Below, piece by piece: positions 10,287 to 23,438 of a stretch of DNA of 64,000 nucleotides. Position 1 is the stretch's first letter. Each line of letters starts with the position of its first letter. This DNA is from Escherichia phage PSD2001: sequence record OK254198.1. The stretch is one strand, 5' to 3'. The translations under genes and the position numbers were made by a program. The notes under the pieces were generated by a model. That model saw only the letters and a list, made by a program, of their open reading frames with translations, made no database searches and had not been told where the DNA came from.

Positions 10287-11912
10287 ATGATTAATAAACT
10301 CAGTCTCAAAGAACTGCCGTATAGCATCGGTATTCCAGACGAAGGTCAACAGAGAATTCGTTGGATACAAAACGGCGATTGTATGACTGCGGCCAGTACC
10401 AAATATGGTTATGATGGTAATTTGAACGCCGCTGCAGTTGGCGTTCAAACAAACGTAGATACACTCGACGACAACTCAAATGCATCTAAAGAAAAAATCA
10501 ACGAAATTATTGATAATGTCAATAATATTCAGGAAGCTTTGGATATAACAACTAACACAGAAGTTGTTAAACAAATTGAAAAAAACCGTACGGACATTCT
10601 TGACCTTGATGAACGTCAATTTAATACCGAATTGCTGTCAAGTGAAACATCCGAAGGTCTTAAAACGTTAAAAGAAGATGTTGGTGCTTATGACCCGTTA
10701 ACCGATTCATATTATCGCACAGTTCGTAATGACCTCGTATGGATTAAAAATGAATTAGGCCAGTATGTTGACCAAGATATAAATGGTCTCCAGGTTATCG
10801 ACAATCCGTCAAAAGGCATGAAACGCCGCATCATCGATAACAGTTCGGCTATTGTTGCTCATGGAGTTCGTATTAAGACTCTTGAAGATAACTATCATGA
10901 TTCTGATGTTGGTTCTCTTAACATAAAAGTAATTAAAATTCGTGAAGAATTAGGTGAGTCTACTTTAGCAACAGGTAAACCGGCTGTATTTGTTAGACTG
11001 AATACTCTTGATGGTAAAGCGGTCGAAATTGATGAAGATATTACCAACATTCAAGAAGCTATTGGTTTTGGTACAGGGATTGCAATCACAACTCGCGTTG
11101 AAAATCTTGGTGGACGTGTTTCGGTCAATGAAACAGATATTGCGAATATCAAACCAAGACTTGCTAAGGTTGAAGCTGATATCGGCACCGCTCTGGAACC
11201 ATTAACAATTAATGGTCGAATCAGTGCTTTGCGCTCGGATGTTAATGGCTTACAGGTTGTTGTTGGTCAGGATTCAAGCTCTGGTTTACGCGGAACCACT
11301 GCATGGCTTTCTCAGAGAATTGGTACAGAGCAATCTCCGGAGCCAAACACTATCACGTATAAGTTGAATGCGACCACTACACTGGCTAATGAAACCGCAT
11401 CAGGTCTTCAGGATGTACAAGCCGAAATCGGTACAAATAACACTGGTATGAAAGGTTCTATTTTGACTTTAACTAGTCAGATGAACGGAACTAACCCTAA
11501 CGGTGCTACCGTGGCTGAACGTGGTGTTCTTCCGGTTGTAATTAACTTGGATATGCTGATGGCGTCCAAGCTGAACGATGCACCATTGGACAATAAGTTA
11601 TATGGTCGCAAGCAAGGAACCTGGACTGAAATTATCGATACCAAAACCGAGATTGATGCAATTAAACTCGATACTGCGAAAATTGCACCATTAACCACTC
11701 GCGTGACAACCCTTGAAGGTACAGTAACTCCGCTCCCTGGTCGCCTGGATGCGGCCGAGGCGAAGATAACTACTTTAGAAGGTAAAGTATCAGCCTTAGA
11801 AACAGAGCTCGCCAAAAGGCCTCCTGTCGCTCCTGCAGCTGATGGTCTCCCTTATGTGCTCGTTGATAATGCATGGGTTCTTTTGTCTACATTCGTGACT
11901 GTTGGACCATAA
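10287..11912 (+). CDS. wac: Fibritin (whisker antigen control protein)
   Basis: Coiled-coil-rich protein ending in a foldon-like C-terminus (...PYVLVDNAWVLLSTFV); start chosen at the internal ATG at 10287 just after the gp12 stop. Confidence 0.85.
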   Translation: MINKLSLKELPYSIGIPDEGQQRIRWIQNGDCMTAASTKYGYDGNLNAAAVGVQTNVDTLDDNSNASKEKINEIIDNVNNIQEALDITTNTEVVKQIEKNRTDILDLDERQFNTELLSSETSEGLKTLKEDVGAYDPLTDSYYRTVRNDLVWIKNELGQYVDQDINGLQVIDNPSKGMKRRIIDNSSAIVAHGVRIKTLEDNYHDSDVGSLNIKVIKIREELGESTLATGKPAVFVRLNTLDGKAVEIDEDITNIQEAIGFGTGIAITTRVENLGGRVSVNETDIANIKPRLAKVEADIGTALEPLTINGRISALRSDVNGLQVVVGQDSSSGLRGTTAWLSQRIGTEQSPEPNTITYKLNATTTLANETASGLQDVQAEIGTNNTGMKGSILTLTSQMNGTNPNGATVAERGVLPVVINLDMLMASKLNDAPLDNKLYGRKQGTWTEIIDTKTEIDAIKLDTAKIAPLTTRVTTLEGTVTPLPGRLDAAEAKITTLEGKVSALETELAKRPPVAPAADGLPYVLVDNAWVLLSTFVTVGP

Positions 11913-11917
11913 CAAAA

Positions 11918-11935
11918 GGGCTTCGGCCCTTTTTT
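11918..11935 (+). terminator. Rho-independent terminator after wac
   Basis: GGGCTTCGGCCC hairpin followed by TTTTTT. Confidence 0.7.
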
Positions 11936-11937
11936 CG

Positions 11938-11945
11938 TATAAATA
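11938..11945 (+). promoter_or_regulatory. T4-type late promoter (TATAAATA) for gene 13
   Basis: Exact TATAAATA followed by AAGAGGAAAA RBS and ATG at 11964. Confidence 0.6.
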
Positions 11946-11963
11946 CAGTAAAGAGGAAAACAT

Positions 11964-12902
11964 ATGGCAACTGAATCATACAACCCGAAACAATTAAAAG
12001 ATGCAATCCTTCGTCGTCTTGGTGCTCCAATCACGAATATCGAAGTTACAACCGAACAGGTTTATGATTGCATCCAGCGCGCATTAGAATTATATGGTGA
12101 ATATCATTATAATGGTTATAACAAAGGTTATCAGGCTTTTTATATCGGTCATGATGAAGTTTCACAACAGAAATTCCGTGATGGTGTTTTCGATTTAAAA
12201 GGACGTAATATTTTTGCAGTAACGCAGATTATTCGTACTAACGTCGGTTCATTAACTTCGATGGACGGACAAGCCACATATCCGTGGTTCACAGATTTTG
12301 TTCTGGGGCTGGCCGGGATTAACGGTGGAATGGGTAGCTCATGTAACAGCTTTGGTCCAAATGCTTTTGGTGCGGACCTTGGTTATTTTACACAGCTTAT
12401 GCAATACCGTTCAATGATGCAAGACCTGATGGTTCCGCTGCCAGATTACTGGTATAATGACGATACCGAACAACTTAAAATTATGGGCAACTTCCGCCAG
12501 GGAGATGTGATTGTAATTGAAGTTTATACCAAATCGTATAACGGTGTGGATTCAATGGTAGGCAATACAGCTGGCTATGGTTTTGCTTCAGCCGATTGTG
12601 ATAATCCGTGGAATGCTGGCGCACAGTGGGATAACCCAGCGCGCAGAATAAGCGGTATGAGAGCCGGTGAGGACCTTGGACTTCAAGATGGTGCATACAA
12701 CAACCGTTGGGTGAAAGACTATGCCACAGCGCTCGTTAAGGAAGTTAACGGCAACGTATTGGCTAAACACCAGGGAATGATGATGCCAGGTGGCGTCACA
12801 GTTGATGGTGTTCGTTTAATTGAAGAAGCTCGTATGGAAAAAGAACGTCTTCGTGAAGAACTTGACCTGCTGGATGCACCGACTCCTATATTGGTGGGCT
12901 AA
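11964..12902 (+). CDS. 13: Neck protein gp13
   Basis: 312 aa vs 309 aa in T4; synteny. Confidence 0.88.
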   Translation: MATESYNPKQLKDAILRRLGAPITNIEVTTEQVYDCIQRALELYGEYHYNGYNKGYQAFYIGHDEVSQQKFRDGVFDLKGRNIFAVTQIIRTNVGSLTSMDGQATYPWFTDFVLGLAGINGGMGSSCNSFGPNAFGADLGYFTQLMQYRSMMQDLMVPLPDYWYNDDTEQLKIMGNFRQGDVIVIEVYTKSYNGVDSMVGNTAGYGFASADCDNPWNAGAQWDNPARRISGMRAGEDLGLQDGAYNNRWVKDYATALVKEVNGNVLAKHQGMMMPGGVTVDGVRLIEEARMEKERLREELDLLDAPTPILVG

Positions 12903-13687
12903 TGGCTACTTATGACTCAAGATTATTCGCCCGGCTCGAAGACGGGACCGGGTATGACAATACTAATGCTACAGAGATATTAAACCCTTATGTAAACTTT
13001 ATGCATCATGAAAATACCCAGACTTTAGCTGATGCTATTGTTGCCGAAAGTATTCAGATGCGCGGAATGTCTCTCTATTATATCCCAAGACAATTCGTTA
13101 AGCCGGATTTGTTATTCGGTGAAGACCTCCAGAGTAAATTTGATAAAGCATGGAAATTTGCAGGTTATCTGGATACGTTTGATGCATATCAGGGTGATGG
13201 TTCTATCTTTAGTAAATGGGGTATGTCTGTGAACGATGAAATCACAATATCGATTAACCCTAATCTGTTTAAACATCAATGCAACGGAACCGAACCTATT
13301 GCCGGGGATTTGATTTATTTCCCTCTTGATAACAGTCTGTTCGAAATTACATGGGTGCAACCTTACGACCCATTCTATCAGGTAGGTCAAAACGCCATTC
13401 GTAAAATCACCGCGAGCAAATACATTTACTCCGGGGAAGAACTTAAACCTGAATTGCAACGGAATGAAGGTATTAATATTTCAGAATTCAGCGAGCTCGA
13501 TTTACAACCAATCCACAATATCGATGGCCTTACAGATATCAGCGATATCCCTTATGCAGAATCTGATGAGATTAACGCAGAAGCAGCTGAATATGTTAAA
13601 CCATATTTTGTGCAGAATGGCCGTGGACTTGAGGCTCCTCCGAAGGCAAAACAGGATAGCTTTGACGATAGTTTCTTTGATGAATAA
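12902..13687 (+). CDS. 14: Neck protein gp14
   Basis: 261 aa vs 256 aa in T4; start overlaps gp13 stop. Confidence 0.88.
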   Translation: MATYDSRLFARLEDGTGYDNTNATEILNPYVNFMHHENTQTLADAIVAESIQMRGMSLYYIPRQFVKPDLLFGEDLQSKFDKAWKFAGYLDTFDAYQGDGSIFSKWGMSVNDEITISINPNLFKHQCNGTEPIAGDLIYFPLDNSLFEITWVQPYDPFYQVGQNAIRKITASKYIYSGEELKPELQRNEGINISEFSELDLQPIHNIDGLTDISDIPYAESDEINAEAAEYVKPYFVQNGRGLEAPPKAKQDSFDDSFFDE

Positions 13688-13730
13688 ATACATTTATTAA
13701 TGCGCCCGAATTGGGCGCCTGGAGGTTACT

Positions 13731-14602
13731 TTGTTTGGGCATTTTTATAATTCGTCTCTGCGTCGCTATATCGTTTTAATGGGCGATTTATTTTCCCATG
13801 TACAAGTGGCCAGAACCAGAGAAGACACTGGACTTAAATATATTAAGGTCCCTATTTCTTATGCTTCAAAAGAAAAATTCATGATGCAGCTTGGAAAATG
13901 GACCGCTATTCAGAATACACCTACTCCTGACATGACACCGCAAGAACGTGCTGCTCAGAAGGCTAAAATCGAGACCGTATTGCCCCGTATGAACCTACAT
14001 ATGGTTGACTTGATGTATAACGGGCAATATAAAACGGCTCTCCAGAATCACACACAGGCGCGATTTGCTAATAACGACCCTCGCAAGCAGATATCTCAAT
14101 ATTCTCCGGTGCCGGTCAAAATGATTTTCGAGCTTGGAATATATACAAGGCATCAAGATGATATGTTCCAGATTATCGAACAAATCATGCCTTACTTCCA
14201 GCCACATTTTAATACAACCATCACCGAACTTTATACGAATGAAATTACGTTCGAACGTGATATAAGAATCGTGCTTCAGTCCATTGCTATGGATGAGCAA
14301 ATTGAAGGTGATGCAATGACTCGCCGTAGACTCGAATGGTCCATTATGTTCGAAGTCAACGGTTGGTTGTATCCACCGGTTAAGGAAGTGGCCGGGGAAA
14401 TCCGTACTATCTATCTTGACTTCTTTGCAAATTCCAGAGAGCTTGCACCGGAAGGTAATTTCGAATCTGTTGACTCGGAAGCCGTTCCACGAGACGTCGA
14501 CCAAGAAGACTGGCAAGGTGAATCTGTTCAAACCTACTCGCAGGATATTCCTGTACCGGTTGACCCAGCACCGTCAGCCCCAAGAAAAAATAGGGTACCA
14601 CT

Positions 14603-14606
<4 letters not shown>
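13731..14606 (+). CDS. 15: Tail sheath stabiliser / tail completion protein gp15
   Basis: N-terminus [13 protein letters not shown]... closely matches T4 gp15; the first codon here is TTG and no in-frame ATG lies upstream after the stop at 13698-13700. Confidence 0.85.
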
Positions 14607-16913
<2,307 letters not shown>

Positions 16914-16942
16914 AAGTAAAGCAAACTATTAGAGGACTCAAA

Positions 16943-18922
16943 ATGGCTTTATTATCTCCGGGCATTGAGCTCAAAGAAACAACGGTCCAAAGCACTGTTG
17001 TTCGTAACGCGACGGGTCGTGCGGCGCTGGTTGGTAAATTCCAGTGGGGCCCAGCTTTCCAGGTAACTCAGATTACAAACGAAGTTGAACTTGTTGATTT
17101 GTTTGGTGGCCCGAATAATGAAACAGCAGATTACTTTATGAGTGGGATGAACTTCCTGCAATATGGTAATGACCTCCGTACTGTACGTGTTGTTAACCGT
17201 GACGAAGCTAAAAACGCATCCCCTATTGCTGGCAATATTGAAACTACCATCGTAACTGCTGGTACAAACTATGCTGTCGGTGATGTTATTCAGGTTAAAC
17301 ACAACCAGACTGTTGTTGAACCGGCTGGCCGTGTGACCAAGGTCGACGTTGATGGTAAAATTCAGGCAATCTTTATTCCTACCGATAAGATTATTGCATT
17401 TGCCAAAACTATTAACCAGTATCCTAATTTAGGTAGTGCATGGACCGCAGAAGTTACGACCACTTCTTCCGGTGTATCTGGTACCATCACTGTCGGAAAA
17501 ATTGTTACTGATTCTGGCATTCTGTTGACTGAAGCAGAAAACAGTGAAGAAGCAATTACTTCTCTGGAATTCCAGGCATCATTGGCAAAATATGCAATGC
17601 CAGGTGTTGTTGCTCTTTATCCTGGTGAAATTGGTTCGACTCTTGAAGTTGAAATCGTATCCAAAGCTGAATTTGAAAAAGGCGCAACTGCAAATCTGGA
17701 TATTTTCCCCGGTGGTGGTTCCCGTGCTTCTATAGCTCGTGCAGTGTTTAACTATGGTCCTCAGACCGAAAACCAATATGCAATTATCGTTCGCCGCGAT
17801 GGTGCAATCGTCGAAAACGTTGTTTTGTCTACCAAGCAGGGCGAAAAAGATGTTTATGGTAATAACATTTACCTGGATGACTACTTTGCAAAAGGTACTT
17901 CCAACTACATCTATGCAACATCTCGCAACTGGCCTGTAGGCTTCAGTGGTATCATCAATCTGTCTGGTGGTATTTCTGCAAACGATAAGATTACCGCTGG
18001 TGATTTGATGCAAGGTTGGGACCTGTTCGCTGACCGTGAAGCTCTGCATATCAACCTGCTTATCGCTGGTGCAGTAGCTGGTGAAGGCGATGCGACCGCT
18101 TCCACTGTTCAGAAGCACGTAGTTTCTATCGCTGATGAACGTCAGGATTGCCTGGCATTTATCTCTCCACCGAAAGGTCTGTTGGTTAACGTTCCTCTGA
18201 CCCGTGCAGTGGATAACCTGATTGACTGGCGTACAGGTGCTGGTGCATTTGATACTGATAATATGAATATCAGCACGACTTATGCAGCAATTGATGGCAA
18301 CTATAAATATCAGTATGATAAATATAACGACGTTAACCGTTGGGTTCCTCTGGCAGCTGATATGGCTGGGCTGTGTGCTCGTACTGATGATGTTTCTCAG
18401 CCTTGGATGTCTCCGGCCGGCTATAACCGTGGTCAGATTCTGAACGTTCTGAAATTGGCTGTTGAACCACGTCAGACCCAGCGTGACCGCATGTATCAGG
18501 AAGCTATCAACCCGGTTGTTGGTTTCGCAGGTGGTGATGGTTTTGTTCTGTATGGTGATAAGACTGCAACTAAAGTTCCATCTCCGATGGACCATATCAA
18601 CGTTCGCCGTCTTACGAATATGCTGAAGAAAAATATCGGTGACGCATCCAAATATAAACTGTTTGAGCTTAACGATAACTTCACTCGTGCATCATTCCGT
18701 ATGGAAACTTCTCAATACTTGGATGGTATTCGTGCGCTCGGTGGCATTTATGAAGGTCGTGTGGTTTGTGATACTACTAACAACACCCCGTCGGTCATAG
18801 ACCGAAATGAGTTTGTTGCGAGCATTTATTTCAAACCTGCACGCAGCATCAACTACATCACGCTTAATTTCGTAGCAACAAGCACCGGTGCTAATTTCGA
18901 TGAGCTGATTGGGCCACAATAA
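16943..18922 (+). CDS. 18: Tail sheath protein gp18
   Basis: 659 aa, same length as T4 gp18; synteny. Confidence 0.93.
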   Translation: MALLSPGIELKETTVQSTVVRNATGRAALVGKFQWGPAFQVTQITNEVELVDLFGGPNNETADYFMSGMNFLQYGNDLRTVRVVNRDEAKNASPIAGNIETTIVTAGTNYAVGDVIQVKHNQTVVEPAGRVTKVDVDGKIQAIFIPTDKIIAFAKTINQYPNLGSAWTAEVTTTSSGVSGTITVGKIVTDSGILLTEAENSEEAITSLEFQASLAKYAMPGVVALYPGEIGSTLEVEIVSKAEFEKGATANLDIFPGGGSRASIARAVFNYGPQTENQYAIIVRRDGAIVENVVLSTKQGEKDVYGNNIYLDDYFAKGTSNYIYATSRNWPVGFSGIINLSGGISANDKITAGDLMQGWDLFADREALHINLLIAGAVAGEGDATASTVQKHVVSIADERQDCLAFISPPKGLLVNVPLTRAVDNLIDWRTGAGAFDTDNMNISTTYAAIDGNYKYQYDKYNDVNRWVPLAADMAGLCARTDDVSQPWMSPAGYNRGQILNVLKLAVEPRQTQRDRMYQEAINPVVGFAGGDGFVLYGDKTATKVPSPMDHINVRRLTNMLKKNIGDASKYKLFELNDNFTRASFRMETSQYLDGIRALGGIYEGRVVCDTTNNTPSVIDRNEFVASIYFKPARSINYITLNFVATSTGANFDELIGPQ

Positions 18923-18963
18923 TTATCATCGCTTAGAATTAATCAGTTAGAAACCGTAGAACC

Positions 18964-18992
18964 ATTATACAGTGTTATAAATAAAAGCATAA
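18964..18992 (-). promoter_or_regulatory. Middle-promoter-like element (MotA box ATGCTTTT, 13 nt spacer, TATAAT) antisense to the late genes
   Basis: Minus strand reads ATTATGCTTTTATTTATAACACTGTATAATGGTTCTACGG; same architecture as the uvsY and rnlB promoters in this window. Confidence 0.4.
18976..18983 (+). promoter_or_regulatory. T4-type late promoter (TATAAATA), distal copy upstream of gene 19
   Basis: Exact TATAAATA in the loop of the inverted repeat. Confidence 0.45.
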
Positions 18993-19062
18993 TCGGTTCT
19001 ACGGACTCCTGTGATTGATTCTGGGAAGCCATTATCTTGAGATGATGAATCATATTACCTAG

Positions 19063-19070
19063 TATAAATA
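19063..19070 (+). promoter_or_regulatory. T4-type late promoter (TATAAATA), proximal copy upstream of gene 19
   Basis: Exact TATAAATA 53 nt upstream of the gp19 ATG. Confidence 0.55.
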
Positions 19071-19122
19071 CATGCATCAGGGACGCGTTCACGCGACCTG
19101 TGTCTATAAAGAGGATTCCTTA

Positions 19123-19614
19123 ATGGAGTTGACCGATATCACACGTGCTTTCGAATCCGGCGACTTTGCTCGCCCTAACCTGTTCGAAGTCGAAATCCCA
19201 TTCCTGGGTAAAAACTTTGCTTTCCATTGTAAAGCAGCCCCGATGCCTGCTGGCATTGTAGAAAAAGTTCCTGTCGGTTACATGAACCGTAAAATCAACG
19301 TTGCGGGCGACCGTACATTTGATGACTGGACTATTACGATTTATAACGACGATGCTCATAAAGTTCGTCAAGCAATTGTTGATTGGCAAAATCTGTGTCA
19401 CGGTATGACTAACGAAATCACCGGTGCAGCTCCTGCTGATTATAAGAAAACTGCTACTGTCCGCCAGTTCCATCGTGATGGCAAGACCGTTACGAAAGAA
19501 GTTGTTATTACCGGCATGTGGCCAACCAACGTTGGGGAAGTCCAGATGGATTGGGACAGTAATAATGAGATTGAGACGTTCGAAGCGACGTTCGCAATTG
19601 ACTGGTGGGAATAA
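19123..19614 (+). CDS. 19: Tail tube protein gp19
   Basis: 163 aa from ATG at 19123 (AAAGAGGA RBS); near-identical to remembered T4 gp19 (TRAFESGDFARPNLF...); the upstream ATG at 19072 lies inside the promoter. Confidence 0.92.
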   Translation: MELTDITRAFESGDFARPNLFEVEIPFLGKNFAFHCKAAPMPAGIVEKVPVGYMNRKINVAGDRTFDDWTITIYNDDAHKVRQAIVDWQNLCHGMTNEITGAAPADYKKTATVRQFHRDGKTVTKEVVITGMWPTNVGEVQMDWDSNNEIETFEATFAIDWWE

Positions 19615-19615
19615 G

Positions 19616-19623
19616 TATAAATA
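19616..19623 (+). promoter_or_regulatory. T4-type late promoter (TATAAATA) for gene 20
   Basis: Exact TATAAATA immediately after the gp19 stop. Confidence 0.6.
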
Positions 19624-19631
19624 AAGTTATT

Positions 19632-19649
19632 ATGAGGCTTCGGCCTCAT
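19632..19649 (+). other. Hairpin in gene 20 leader (ATGAGGC TTCG GCCTCAT)
   Basis: 7-bp stem with TTCG tetraloop between the late promoter and the GGAG RBS of gene 20; no U-tract follows. Confidence 0.5.
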
Positions 19650-19671
19650 TTCCCAAACTTCGGAGACTCTA

Positions 19672-21246
19672 ATGGCAGGTTTTAACACAATACTAAATTT
19701 TCTTAAGCCTTGGGCTAAAGAAGATGAACAAGAATATAAGCAACAAGAAAAAAATAATTTAGAGTCAATGACCGGGCCGAAGTTTGATGATGGGGCTCGC
19801 GAAATTGAGTCACAAGAACAAAACGTCCCGTATAATGCATTGATGCAACAGATGTTCGGGAGCAATGAACCTGAAGTAAAAAATACCAGGGAATTAATTG
19901 ACACTTACCGCAACCTACTAAATAATTATGAAGTTGATAACGCGGTGCAAGAAATTGTGTCTGATGCTATCGTTTTTGAAGACGGTAAAGATGTTGTAGC
20001 TCTTAACCTTGATGCTACCGAATTTAGTCAGAAAATTAAAGACCGAATCCTCGAAGAATTCGCGGAAGTTAATAACCTCCTTAATTTCGAGCGTAAAGGT
20101 TCTGACCACTTTAAACGTTGGTATGTGGATTCTCGAATTTTCTTCCACAAAATTATCAACCCATCAAAACTTAAAGATGGAGTTCAAGAACTTCGTCGCC
20201 TTGACCCAAGACAAATCCAGTTCATCCGTGAAATCGTTACACGCATGGAAAATGGTACAAAAATTGTCGATGGTTACAGAGAATATTTTGTATACGATAC
20301 GGGCCATGAAAGTTATTGTGCCGATGGTCGTATATATGAAGCAGGTACTAAAATAAAAATTCCTCGTGCGGCAATTGTATATGCGCATTCTGGATTACTT
20401 GATTGCTGCGGCAAGAATATCATCGGATACTTGCAACGAGCAATTAAACCTGCAAACCAATTAAAACTATTAGAAGATGCTTTAGTCATTTATCGTATAA
20501 CTCGTGCTCCAGACCGCCGAGTCTTTTATATCGATACCGGGAATATGCCGTCTCGTAAAGCAGCAGCACACATGCAACATATTATGAACACGATGAAAAA
20601 CCGTGTCGTATATGATGCAACTACGGGTAAAATCAAAAACCAACAGCACAACATGTCAATGACAGAAGACTATTGGTTGCAACGTCGTGATGGTAAAGCA
20701 GTCACTGAAGTTGATACCCTCCCGGGTGCACAAGGCATGTCGGATATGGACGATGTTCGCTGGTTTAAGAACAACCTATATCAGGCTCTCCGAATTCCAT
20801 TATCTCGTATCCCTAATGACCAAAACAGTGGCGTTATGTTTGATGCGGGCGCGACAATTACTCGCGATGAATTGAATTTCTCTAAATGGATTCGACAGCT
20901 ACAGAATAAATTTGAAGAAGTTTTCCTCGACCCGCTTAAAACCAACCTTATCCTGAAAAAAATTATTTCAGAAGAGGAATGGGAAAAGGAACTAAATAAT
21001 ATTAAAGTTACGTTCAACCGTGATAGCTATTTCACCGAAATGAAAGATGCAGAAATCATGGAACGCAGAATCAATATGCTAACGATGGCTGAACCGTTTA
21101 TCGGTAAATATATTTCGCATCAAACGGCTATGAAGGATTTCCTCCAGATGTCTGATGAAGAAATTAATCAAGAAGCTAAGCAAATTGAATTGGAGTCCAA
21201 AGAGGCTCGTTTCCAAAACCCTGAAGAAGAAGAAGAGGATTTCTAA
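19672..21246 (+). CDS. 20: Portal vertex protein gp20
   Basis: 524 aa, same length as T4 gp20; synteny. Confidence 0.93.
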   Translation: MAGFNTILNFLKPWAKEDEQEYKQQEKNNLESMTGPKFDDGAREIESQEQNVPYNALMQQMFGSNEPEVKNTRELIDTYRNLLNNYEVDNAVQEIVSDAIVFEDGKDVVALNLDATEFSQKIKDRILEEFAEVNNLLNFERKGSDHFKRWYVDSRIFFHKIINPSKLKDGVQELRRLDPRQIQFIREIVTRMENGTKIVDGYREYFVYDTGHESYCADGRIYEAGTKIKIPRAAIVYAHSGLLDCCGKNIIGYLQRAIKPANQLKLLEDALVIYRITRAPDRRVFYIDTGNMPSRKAAAHMQHIMNTMKNRVVYDATTGKIKNQQHNMSMTEDYWLQRRDGKAVTEVDTLPGAQGMSDMDDVRWFKNNLYQALRIPLSRIPNDQNSGVMFDAGATITRDELNFSKWIRQLQNKFEEVFLDPLKTNLILKKIISEEEWEKELNNIKVTFNRDSYFTEMKDAEIMERRINMLTMAEPFIGKYISHQTAMKDFLQMSDEEINQEAKQIELESKEARFQNPEEEEEDF

Positions 21247-21500
21247 TGGATGATTTATTTGAAGCCATTAAATCAAACGACCTCGTAGCCGTTCGCAAAT
21301 ATTTTGCTGAAAACATTGGCCCAGTATGCGGTAGTTTGATTGAAGAACGTAAGATTGAAATTGCACGTTCCATCATGATTGAAGGCGAAGAGCCTAAAGA
21401 TGATGAAGATGAAGACGACGGTAAAGCAGAAAAGAAAGACAAAAAAGAATCTGATGACGCTGACGAAGGCGACGATGATGAAGATGAGGACGATGAATAA
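21246..21500 (+). CDS. 67: Prohead core protein gp67
   Basis: 84 aa with acidic C-terminus; between 20 and 68 as in T4. Confidence 0.8.
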   Translation: MDDLFEAIKSNDLVAVRKYFAENIGPVCGSLIEERKIEIARSIMIEGEEPKDDEDEDDGKAEKKDKKESDDADEGDDDEDEDDE

Positions 21501-21928
21501 TGTTTATTATCCCTGATGATTACGAATTAACTCTTGAAAACATCGAAAGTGTTTCCGAAGAAGCTCAGGGACAATTTGATTCATTATCTGAAGCCTTAGA
21601 AAAAGACGATATAAATATTATTGTAGAAAACATGTTTGCAGCCGGTGAATACGAAAAAGCAACGGTTATCGGCGCTCTGAATGAAGGTGTTCAGCTTAAC
21701 GAATTTATCGTTAAACATGTATCGTCTCGCGGTGAGTTAACCCGCACAAAAGACCGAGCTACTCGTAAGCGTAATGCTTTCCAAACAACTGGTCTTTCTA
21801 AAGCTAAACGTCGTCAAATTGCCCGTCTGGCTACTAAAACGAAAAGAGCAAACCCATCTACGCAAATTAGAGCAGAGCGCAAGCGCAAAAAAGCTCGAGC
21901 TAAGCGTAAAGCATTCGGACTTGATTAA
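21500..21928 (+). CDS. 68: Prohead core protein gp68
   Basis: 142 aa vs 141 aa in T4; basic C-terminal tail. Confidence 0.8.
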   Translation: MFIIPDDYELTLENIESVSEEAQGQFDSLSEALEKDDINIIVENMFAAGEYEKATVIGALNEGVQLNEFIVKHVSSRGELTRTKDRATRKRNAFQTTGLSKAKRRQIARLATKTKRANPSTQIRAERKRKKARAKRKAFGLD

Positions 21929-22566
21929 TGGAACAGAAACCAGAGTTACTAATCGAACACTGGGGTCAACCGGGCGAAATTAAAGATGGTGTACCGATGT
22001 TGGAATCTCATGATGGTTCCAGCAGCGGTTTAAAGCCAGGACTTTATATTGAAGGTATTTTCCTACAAGCTGAAGTTGTTAACCGTAATAAACGACTTTA
22101 TCCTAAACATATTTTGGAAAAAGCTGTTGCGGACTATATCGCCGAACAGGTTGAAACCAAGCAGTCTCTTGGAGAATTAAACCATCCACCTCGTGCAAAC
22201 GTTGACCCTATGCAGGCGGCAATTATTATCGAGGAAATGTGGTGGAAAGGGAATGATGTATATGGCCGCGCGCGTATTATCGAAGGCGACCATGGCCCAG
22301 GTGATAAACTTGCTGCGAATATAAGAGCAGGTTGGATTCCTGGCGTATCTAGTCGTGGACTTGGTTCCCTGACTAAATCAGCAAAAGGTTATAGCATCGT
22401 TAATGAAGGTTTTAAATTGACGGTTGGAGTAGACGCAGTATGGGGGCCAAGTGCTCCGGACGCTTGGGTCAAACCAAAGCAGATTACAGAATCACAAACG
22501 GCTGTTGCCGATACCAGTGCCGATGACGCCTTTATGGCTCTCGCAGAGGCTTTAAAGACGTTATAA
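21928..22566 (+). CDS. 21: Prohead core protease gp21
   Basis: 212 aa, same length as T4 gp21; synteny. Confidence 0.9.
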   Translation: MEQKPELLIEHWGQPGEIKDGVPMLESHDGSSSGLKPGLYIEGIFLQAEVVNRNKRLYPKHILEKAVADYIAEQVETKQSLGELNHPPRANVDPMQAAIIIEEMWWKGNDVYGRARIIEGDHGPGDKLAANIRAGWIPGVSSRGLGSLTKSAKGYSIVNEGFKLTVGVDAVWGPSAPDAWVKPKQITESQTAVADTSADDAFMALAEALKTL

Positions 22567-22569
22567 ATA
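22562..22569 (+). promoter_or_regulatory. T4-type late promoter (TATAAATA) for gene 22
   Basis: Exact TATAAATA overlapping the gp21 stop. Confidence 0.55.
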
Positions 22570-22598
22570 AATGTATATCTTAACAACAGGACTACAAA

Positions 22599-23417
22599 AT
22601 GCTTAAAGAACAACTCATTTCTGAAGCTCAGAATATCGATGCTTCCGTTGCTCTCGATAGTATTTTCGAATCAGTTAATTTGTCCCCGGAAGCGAAAGCT
22701 ACCTTCGGCACTGTATTCGAAGCTACCGTCAAGCAACACGCCATCAAACTGGCAGAATCTCACATTCACGCCATCGCTGAAAAAGCTGAAGAAGAAGTCG
22801 AAAAGAATAAAGAAGAATCCGACGAAAAAGCAGAGAAAAAACTGAAAGAATCTGCAGCTAAATTCCTGGACCACGTTGCTAAAGAATGGCTCGCTGAAAA
22901 TAAACTGGCTGTCGACCGCGGCATTAAAGCTGACCTGTTCGAATCCATGTTCACCGGCATGAAAGAACTGTTCGTTGAGCACAACGTTGTTGTTCCAGAA
23001 GAATCTGTCGATGTTGTTGCAGAAATGCAGGAAGAACTGGCTGAACAGAAAGAAGAAACCGCTAATCTGTTCGAAGAAGTTGCTAAGCGTGATGCTTATA
23101 TCAATTATGTCCAACGTGAAGTTGCGTTGACTGAAGCGACTAAAGACCTGACTGAATCCCAAAAAGAAAAAGTTGGTTCTCTGGTAGAAGGCATGGAATA
23201 CTCTGATGCATTCGGTACCAAAATTGGCGCTATCGTTGAAATGGTTAAAGGTCAGGTAGAACCCACCAACAAACCAATCACCGAAGCCGCTATAAATAAA
23301 AATGTAGACGATGCTGCGGCACTGAATTACATTTCAGAAGCAGTTGAAGAAAAAGGCGCCAAGCCTACCCTGTCCTTCGCGGACTTGTCTGCTCTCGCAG
23401 CATCACGAATTTCTTAA
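22599..23417 (+). CDS. 22: Prohead scaffold protein gp22
   Basis: 272 aa, Glu/Lys/Ala-rich coiled-coil composition; 269 aa in T4. Confidence 0.88.
   Translation: MLKEQLISEAQNIDASVALDSIFESVNLSPEAKATFGTVFEATVKQHAIKLAESHIHAIAEKAEEEVEKNKEESDEKAEKKLKESAAKFLDHVAKEWLAENKLAVDRGIKADLFESMFTGMKELFVEHNVVVPEESVDVVAEMQEELAEQKEETANLFEEVAKRDAYINYVQREVALTEATKDLTESQKEKVGSLVEGMEYSDAFGTKIGAIVEMVKGQVEPTNKPITEAAINKNVDDAAALNYISEAVEEKGAKPTLSFADLSALAASRIS
23291..23298 (+). promoter_or_regulatory. Candidate late promoter (TATAAATA) inside the 3' end of gene 22, upstream of gene 23
   Basis: Exact TATAAATA 141 nt upstream of the gp23 ATG; could be fortuitous. Confidence 0.35.
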
Positions 23418-23438
23418 TTTAATAAGGTTATACAACAC

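Larger units (their letters stand above)
18954..19004. repeat. 10-bp perfect inverted repeat (CCGTAGAACC ... GGTTCTACGG) with 31-nt loop in the 18-19 intergenic spacer
   Basis: Arms at 18954-18963 and 18995-19004; the loop holds a plus-strand TATAAATA and a minus-strand MotA-box/TATAAT promoter-like element. Confidence 0.7.

Noticed and set aside
17579-18595. 338-aa minus-strand ORF inside gene 18
   Set aside because: Antisense to the tail sheath gene; no promoter or RBS context; long antisense frames are expected by chance in this gene. The same applies to 23454-24278 (in 23), 22671-23162 (in 22), 42979-43623 (in alt), 55960-56514 (in pseT) and 60939-61508 (in nrdB).
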